64,000 nucleotides of DNA, taken from contig JAOPTR010000016.1 of NCBI GenBank assembly GCA_051531935.1, positions 420,697 to 484,696 on the forward strand, given 5' to 3'. This stretch comes from Hyphomicrobiales bacterium. GTDB lineage: Bacteria > Pseudomonadota > Alphaproteobacteria > Rhizobiales > OSC116. This document shows, piece by piece, positions 59,644 through 64,000 of the stretch; within the stretch, counting starts at the first letter, position 1, and each line of letters starts with the position of its first letter. The translations under genes were made by a program, and so were the position numbers. The notes below the pieces were generated by a model. That model had not been told where the DNA came from, made no database searches, and saw only the letters and a list, made by a program, of their open reading frames with translations.

Positions 59644-60180
59644 TTATGCGCGCATGGCGTTAGAAGCGCGCAAAATGCGCTGCTTCAAATCTGCCTCTGG
59701 TTGTTCAGTTGTCGGTAATTCTCGGTCGGCAGGCTGCTCTATTCGCGCAGCAGGCCCCTCTATTCGCGCAGCAGGCCCCTCTATTCGCGCAGCAGGCTGC
59801 ATGGGAAAAGTCACAACAGATATTTCCCAAAGGTCAACTTCATGGATATACCGTGTCGATTCCCGCGCCCTTTGCACCGCACGGCGGGTTTTGAAACCTA
59901 TCGAAAGCCCATCAATCACATTGTCAGCAATTAAATTGGCAACATCCAACGCTTGTCGCACTGCAATAGATAGGCGGCCAACCACATAAAGGCCTTTTTC
60001 ATCTACCTTAAATTCTTCCCAGCGGCCAATCGGTAAATTCGGGTCATGTTGCCACAACATACTAATGTCTTGCGGCTTTTTTTCACTAAGGCTTCTTTCA
60101 AAAGCCGATGGCATAACCACATCATTGCCTAAATCTATTTCATTAAAAATACAGGCATATCCCGAAAATAAATCATTCAT
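59644..60180 (-). CDS. HK97-family prohead protease (GTA g4-like) with a C-terminal heptapeptide repeat
   Basis: FSGYACIFNEIDLGNDVVMPSAF...MLWQHD...IGRW and LSIGF motifs. The ATG at 60180 overlaps the portal stop by 8 nt. Confidence 0.88.
   Translation of the reverse strand: MNDLFSGYACIFNEIDLGNDVVMPSAFERSLSEKKPQDISMLWQHDPNLPIGRWEEFKVDEKGLYVVGRLSIAVRQALDVANLIADNVIDGLSIGFKTRRAVQRARESTRYIHEVDLWEISVVTFPMQPAARIEGPAARIEGPAARIEQPADRELPTTEQPEADLKQRILRASNAMRA
59730..59801. repeat. 21-bp tandem repeat, about 3.4 copies, in frame inside the protease gene
   Basis: ctattcgcgcagcaggcccct occurs at 59739-59759 and 59760-59780 (identical). A third copy at 59781-59801 matches its first 17 nt, and there is a partial leading copy. 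It encodes PAARIEG x3. Confidence 0.9.
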
Positions 60181-61405
60181 CTTCAGCCATCCCTTGGTCA
60201 GTAAAATCCTCATTCTGGCCTAAAGCGGGGTATCCAACAGCAGCACGTTTTTCGTCAGTGGTTAAAAAACTGGCCGCACCAATGCGTCGCCACAATGCTT
60301 CGCGCTCGGTGCTTAGCCCTTCGATCTTATCCAGATCAATTTTCAATTCCAACTGAGCGTCCCAAGCAGGGCTAAGCCATGCCGATATATTTTTGGTAAA
60401 TCTTCCCACCAAGGGTAAAATTGTCTGGCGTAAAAAACTACGGTTGGCTTCCTGATAATTCGCAAACCTATTGTCACCAGGTATCCCAAGCAACATAGGC
60501 GGTATGCCAAGCGCCAAAGCTATTTCACGTGCCGCAACATTTTTGGCCTCAATAAAGTCCATGTCCTTAGGGCTAAATCCCATTGCTGACCAATCAAGCC
60601 CACCCTCCAAAATCATCGGCCTACCTGCGTTAGCATGGCCTTGGTAGGTCTGCTCAAGCTCTTGTTTCAAACGGGTAAATTGCTCATCCGATAGGTTTCC
60701 TTGGCCTTCTTGGCCACGGTAAACCACGGCACCAGATGGCCGCGCACTGTTATTAAGCAGCGATTTATTCCATTTACTCGCCGCATTATGAATATCAATT
60801 GCAATTTTCGCGGCTTTAAAGGGGCTTTGTCCATAATGATCATCATTAGGGTTGTAAAAAGTCTGATGTAAAATCGGCGAAATACCATCAGTTTGTTGGC
60901 TAAAACGCAGTTTTTGCGAACCAATTTTATAATCATAAAACTCAGGCCATCCTTGTTCATCAAGCAATACCCGCACTCGGTCAGGGCGTAAGCTATAAAG
61001 CTGGTCAGGCACATCATTTTCTAAAGACGATTGCTTTAAATAGCAGTTACCATCTATCAACAATTGGCTGTAGCAATTCTCCAAAAATTCATGCCCACTT
61101 GCATTCATGTTAGGGCGCGATAACAATTCTAATAATGGATGTTCAACCAATTCTTGATCATTCAAAAACAACTGCAAATGTATAGATGCTGCAGCTTCCG
61201 CAATCATCCGCACCGCGCGGTGAGCAATTGGGTTTTGCGTATAAGCATGACGCGCCATTGCCGCTATGGCCACATCATCAGTAAAATCACCATTCATTAA
61301 AAAGCCAAATTCTTGCCCATATTGGGTCAAAGGCACATAATTTTTACGTTCTTTCGGCTTCGCTTCGGTTTTCAGGCCGAGTTTTATCCGTTGAAGAAAT
61401 GACAT
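60173..61405 (-). CDS. HK97-family portal protein (GTA g3-like)
   Basis: About 410 aa, portal-like sequence. The start taken at the ATG at 61405 has GAAGGGG upstream. Confidence 0.88.
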   Translation of the reverse strand: MSFLQRIKLGLKTEAKPKERKNYVPLTQYGQEFGFLMNGDFTDDVAIAAMARHAYTQNPIAHRAVRMIAEAAASIHLQLFLNDQELVEHPLLELLSRPNMNASGHEFLENCYSQLLIDGNCYLKQSSLENDVPDQLYSLRPDRVRVLLDEQGWPEFYDYKIGSQKLRFSQQTDGISPILHQTFYNPNDDHYGQSPFKAAKIAIDIHNAASKWNKSLLNNSARPSGAVVYRGQEGQGNLSDEQFTRLKQELEQTYQGHANAGRPMILEGGLDWSAMGFSPKDMDFIEAKNVAAREIALALGIPPMLLGIPGDNRFANYQEANRSFLRQTILPLVGRFTKNISAWLSPAWDAQLELKIDLDKIEGLSTEREALWRRIGAASFLTTDEKRAAVGYPALGQNEDFTDQGMAEDE

Positions 61406-61439
61406 ATTTCCCCTTCCCATTTCTGTTCTCATTTAAATT

Positions 61440-62825
61440 CTATAAATCCCGAATGCGCGGCACCATATCAGCACCATTCAACAACAAGTGACTTACCGCC
61501 CAAACCAAAGCATCCACCCGATCAGGGCTATTTTTCGAACTGGCAATCATATGGTCAAATTGGCACATTTCATCTTCTAGAGGCTCAAACAACCCCAAAT
61601 GATGCACTTTGCTTTGCTCATATAACGCCGCCACAGGTTCCGCACGCGTCTTTTTGTCTTTGCGTGCAAACACAGCAGCATATGATATTTGCGGGTCAAT
61701 TGTGCGCAATATAGTCTCGACCATTTCACCGCCTTGGTTCACTTCTGCAACAATGCGGTCAACGTTAAATCGATGGTATATTTCAATCGCCTTTTGCGCC
61801 CAAATAATCGGGCTTGCCGCCTGCATGGTAACATCTGCCAATATATAAGCATGCCGATCACCATCCATTGCTGCCACAATCATCCCGCAAGCGTTAGATT
61901 TTTTATGGCTCGTCGCAGGCGGGTCAATCGCCAAAACAATGCGCTTAAATTCATCTAACGCATAATCTTTTACCCGTCGTCTGGTGTCTTCAATCAGCCG
62001 ATAATTCCATAACGCACCTTGCCTATCTTCAATAATTTCGCCAAATAATTCCTGCCGCCCTAAATTGGTTCCCGCATAATTTCGGTCTATATTTTGCAAA
62101 AAGGCTGCTGCCAAATGTTGCCTATTGTCAAAGGTCGATGCCTTGCTCACATAACTACCATCCATCGCCAAAATATCTTTTAATTTCTTTCGATTACGCG
62201 GTGTCGTGGTCAATACAACCTGCGGTGCATCTCCTAGGCGCATGCCAAACTGCAACATATCCCATACATCTTCGTCATAAGGCCATTTGGCAAATTCGTC
62301 ACACCAAGCAGCATGAAATTGCGGGCCTCTCAAACTTTCTGGCTCTTCGGCACTAAACAATTGCGCAATCGCGCCATTTGGCCATTCAAGCCGTTTGCGA
62401 GAGGCAATATATGTAGGGCGTTGGTGTTTGGGGTGAATGTTCAACAACCCGCTATCACCTTCAAGCATCACCTCGCGAACATCGCTAAATGTTTCGCCAA
62501 TCAGGGCTATTCGCCATGCAGGTTCTTTTGCAAATGGCTCAATCCCAAGTGCTTTCGCTCTAATCCATTCAGCACCCGCTCTGGTTTTCCCTGCGCCACG
62601 TCCACCTAACAATATCCAATTTTGCCAGTTTTTAGCGTATAATGGGCTGTTAGACGGTTGTAAATTGGGCGGCAATTGGTCATCTCTGGCCCATAAATAC
62701 CAATCAAAATATAACTGTTCTGCTTCCTTGTCGTTTAATGTAGATGCAAATTCTTCAATTTGCTTTGGGGTTAATCGCCGCAAGTTTTTGCGTAATTTCG
62801 TCTCGGAATTTAGGGTCCGTTTCAT
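61440..62825 (-). CDS. Terminase large subunit (GTA g2-like)
   Basis: WILLGGRGAGKTRAGAEW Walker A, followed by an ATPase and nuclease body; 461 aa. Confidence 0.9.
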   Translation of the reverse strand: MKRTLNSETKLRKNLRRLTPKQIEEFASTLNDKEAEQLYFDWYLWARDDQLPPNLQPSNSPLYAKNWQNWILLGGRGAGKTRAGAEWIRAKALGIEPFAKEPAWRIALIGETFSDVREVMLEGDSGLLNIHPKHQRPTYIASRKRLEWPNGAIAQLFSAEEPESLRGPQFHAAWCDEFAKWPYDEDVWDMLQFGMRLGDAPQVVLTTTPRNRKKLKDILAMDGSYVSKASTFDNRQHLAAAFLQNIDRNYAGTNLGRQELFGEIIEDRQGALWNYRLIEDTRRRVKDYALDEFKRIVLAIDPPATSHKKSNACGMIVAAMDGDRHAYILADVTMQAASPIIWAQKAIEIYHRFNVDRIVAEVNQGGEMVETILRTIDPQISYAAVFARKDKKTRAEPVAALYEQSKVHHLGLFEPLEDEMCQFDHMIASSKNSPDRVDALVWAVSHLLLNGADMVPRIRDL

Positions 62826-63039
62826 AAATAGCTTCTGGCTCGCTTTGTTTTAATGTCTCTTCATGTTCTGCCGATTGCATGTTGCGTATATTTTCTAAAG
62901 CCTTAATCACAACCGTTAAGGTCTTGGCTTGTTTTTCGCAAAAAGCTAAATCAGCTTGCTGTTCCGTTTTGGCTAAAAGCGTCATAATTTTCATTAATTG
63001 GCGTTCAAGCTTTTTTAAAATTTGCTGATGTTTATTCAT
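62755..63039 (-). CDS. GTA g1-like small coiled-coil protein (candidate small terminase)
   Basis: Lies upstream of TerL, has coiled-coil sequence and a C-terminal DPKFRDEITQKLAAI. Start taken at the ATG at 63039, because the longer start sits in the terminator T-tract. Overlaps g2 by 71 nt. Confidence 0.5.
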   Translation of the reverse strand: MNKHQQILKKLERQLMKIMTLLAKTEQQADLAFCEKQAKTLTVVIKALENIRNMQSAEHEETLKQSEPEAIYETDPKFRDEITQKLAAINPKAN

Positions 63040-63093
63040 AATGACGTCGGCCTCATATTGTCGTTGACCATCACATTTGTCGTAAAGCATTGG

Positions 63094-63122
63094 GCAAAAA
63101 AATACCGCCCTTCAAGGGCGGT
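63094..63122 (-). terminator. Rho-independent terminator of ycgN, directly upstream of the GTA cluster
   Basis: accgccctt-c-aagggcggt palindrome, followed on the - strand by attttttt. Confidence 0.7.
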
Positions 63123-63252
63123 TATTTCTTAACCTTTTTAACTATGAGCAAATATACGTAGCCATAACCGTACGGTCAAACACTGGTTTTATAAGTTGCA
63201 AATAATCCCCGCCACAACTTAACAACTAAAATTTATCATATATTTCAAATGG

Positions 63253-63687
63253 TTATTTTTTAGGCCACTGCACAATATAATCCACTGCATCTTCATCGTC
63301 TATGCCCTCTTCACTCACAATTCGCCCCACAGCCGATATCCCCGCCCGCAAAACACTTTTTGGGTCACCAGATATAAGTGGGTGCCAATCAGGCAATCGC
63401 CGTCCTTCATCCAATATTCGGTAAGCGCAAGATTTTGGCAGCCAGCCGTAATTGCGAATGTCGTCTTGCTTCATTTTGATACAATCGGGTACAAAATTGG
63501 CACGGTTTGCATAATCACTACATTGGCAAGTTTTCAAATCAAGCAGCTTGCAAGCCATATTTGTAAATATAATTTCACCAGTGTCTTCGTCTTCTAATTT
63601 AATCAAACAACATTTACCACAGCCATCACATAGGCTTTCCCATTCGGGGTCATTCATCTGGCTAAGTGATTTTTCTTCCCAAAACAT
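63253..63687 (-). CDS. ycgN: YcgN-family (UPF0260) cysteine-cluster protein
   Basis: FWEEKSLSQMNDPEWESLCDGCGKCCLIKLEDEDTGEIIFTNMACKLLD is collinear with E. coli YcgN. Confidence 0.82.
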   Translation of the reverse strand: MFWEEKSLSQMNDPEWESLCDGCGKCCLIKLEDEDTGEIIFTNMACKLLDLKTCQCSDYANRANFVPDCIKMKQDDIRNYGWLPKSCAYRILDEGRRLPDWHPLISGDPKSVLRAGISAVGRIVSEEGIDDEDAVDYIVQWPKK

Positions 63688-64000
63688 ATAAGCAATTTCA
63701 ATAAGTTACGGTTCATTTTAATAAGGTTCAAATATACTCTCATAGCCATAGCATAGCCAACCCCATTTTAACATTACTATTTTATTTCACTTAATATTCC
63801 ATCACAAAAACATCAGGTTCGCGTTGTAAACCCCAGCTTTTAGTGTCCCTAAATCATACAAGCTCAATTGGCACAATCCGTGCAATCACACATGTATGGC
63901 CGCAAGCCTAGTATTGTTATTAATATTTTGTTAACATATTCATCCGTCACACATGGATGGCCAATATGTTTTGAGTTGGAGTTTAAATAAAACCTATGCC

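Larger units (their letters stand above)
50315..63039 (-). mobile_element. RcGTA-type gene transfer agent head-tail cluster (g1-g8, g12-g15, DUF2793), lacking g9-g11
   Basis: Fourteen co-oriented, tightly packed ORFs in canonical GTA order. There are no integrase, repressor, replication or lysis genes. Housekeeping genes flank the cluster on both sides. Confidence 0.85.

Noticed and set aside
59730-59801. Short direct repeats checked as a possible CRISPR array
   Set aside because: The copies are contiguous with no spacers, only about 3.4 units are present, and they lie in frame inside the protease CDS. This is a coding tandem repeat.
63129-63141. TTAA ... TTAA pair upstream of the GTA cluster as a CtrA box
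   Set aside because: The spacing between the TTAA halves is 5 nt, not the 7 nt of the TTAA-N7-TTAA consensus. The pair also lies on the far side of the ycgN terminator, and such words are frequent in AT-rich DNA.

Overview
This is a 64-kb, visibly AT-rich chromosomal segment (GC not computed). It reads as alphaproteobacterial because it carries cycHJKL-type ccmI-E-F-H, glnE, acnB and an RcGTA-type head-tail cluster.

Left to right:
1. 1-3.1 kb: the right end of a prophage. It has a lysozyme with a C-terminal membrane anchor, an overlapped spanin-like ORF pair, an antisense membrane-protein moron, and a 3' half of a tRNA-Arg(UCU)-like gene as an att-type junction. A decayed second copy of the same lysozyme 3' end follows, suggesting a serial-integration hotspot.
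2. 4-18.5 kb: an aromatic-acid island. It holds a TRAP transporter, a full protocatechuate 4,5-cleavage set (ligAB, ligC, ligI, PrpF-type tautomerase, ligJ, ligK) and pobA/pobR. Its regulators are MarR, AraC and an unusual LysR protein with two tandem HTH domains.
3. acnB, then an AT-rich orphan-gene islet.
4. A regulator built from an alpha/beta-hydrolase fold lacking its nucleophile Ser, a PAS-like segment and a LuxR HTH. It sits next to a lipoprotein with 3 Ig-like repeats and a 7-blade FG-GAP propeller, followed by an S41 peptidase.
5. Housekeeping genes: aminotransferase, oppABC without ATPase genes, a PleC/DivJ-like kinase, rpe, glnE and ccmIEFH.
6. An orphan 472-aa protein and a PepSY / OmpR-type regulator / kinase set.
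7. 50.3-63.0 kb: a GTA-type cluster in canonical order g1-g8 and g12-g15 plus a DUF2793 gene. It has no major tail, chaperone or tape-measure genes (g9-g11). g8 is joined to g12 by a tight SD-coupled junction. There is also a 21-bp in-frame tandem repeat in the protease gene.
8. ycgN.

I saw no rRNA, intact tRNA, CRISPR array, transposase or recognisable defence-system domains by eye. The most unusual candidate is the tube-less and tape-measure-less GTA cluster. All calls rest on motif-level reading of the ORF track and the DNA; no searches were run.
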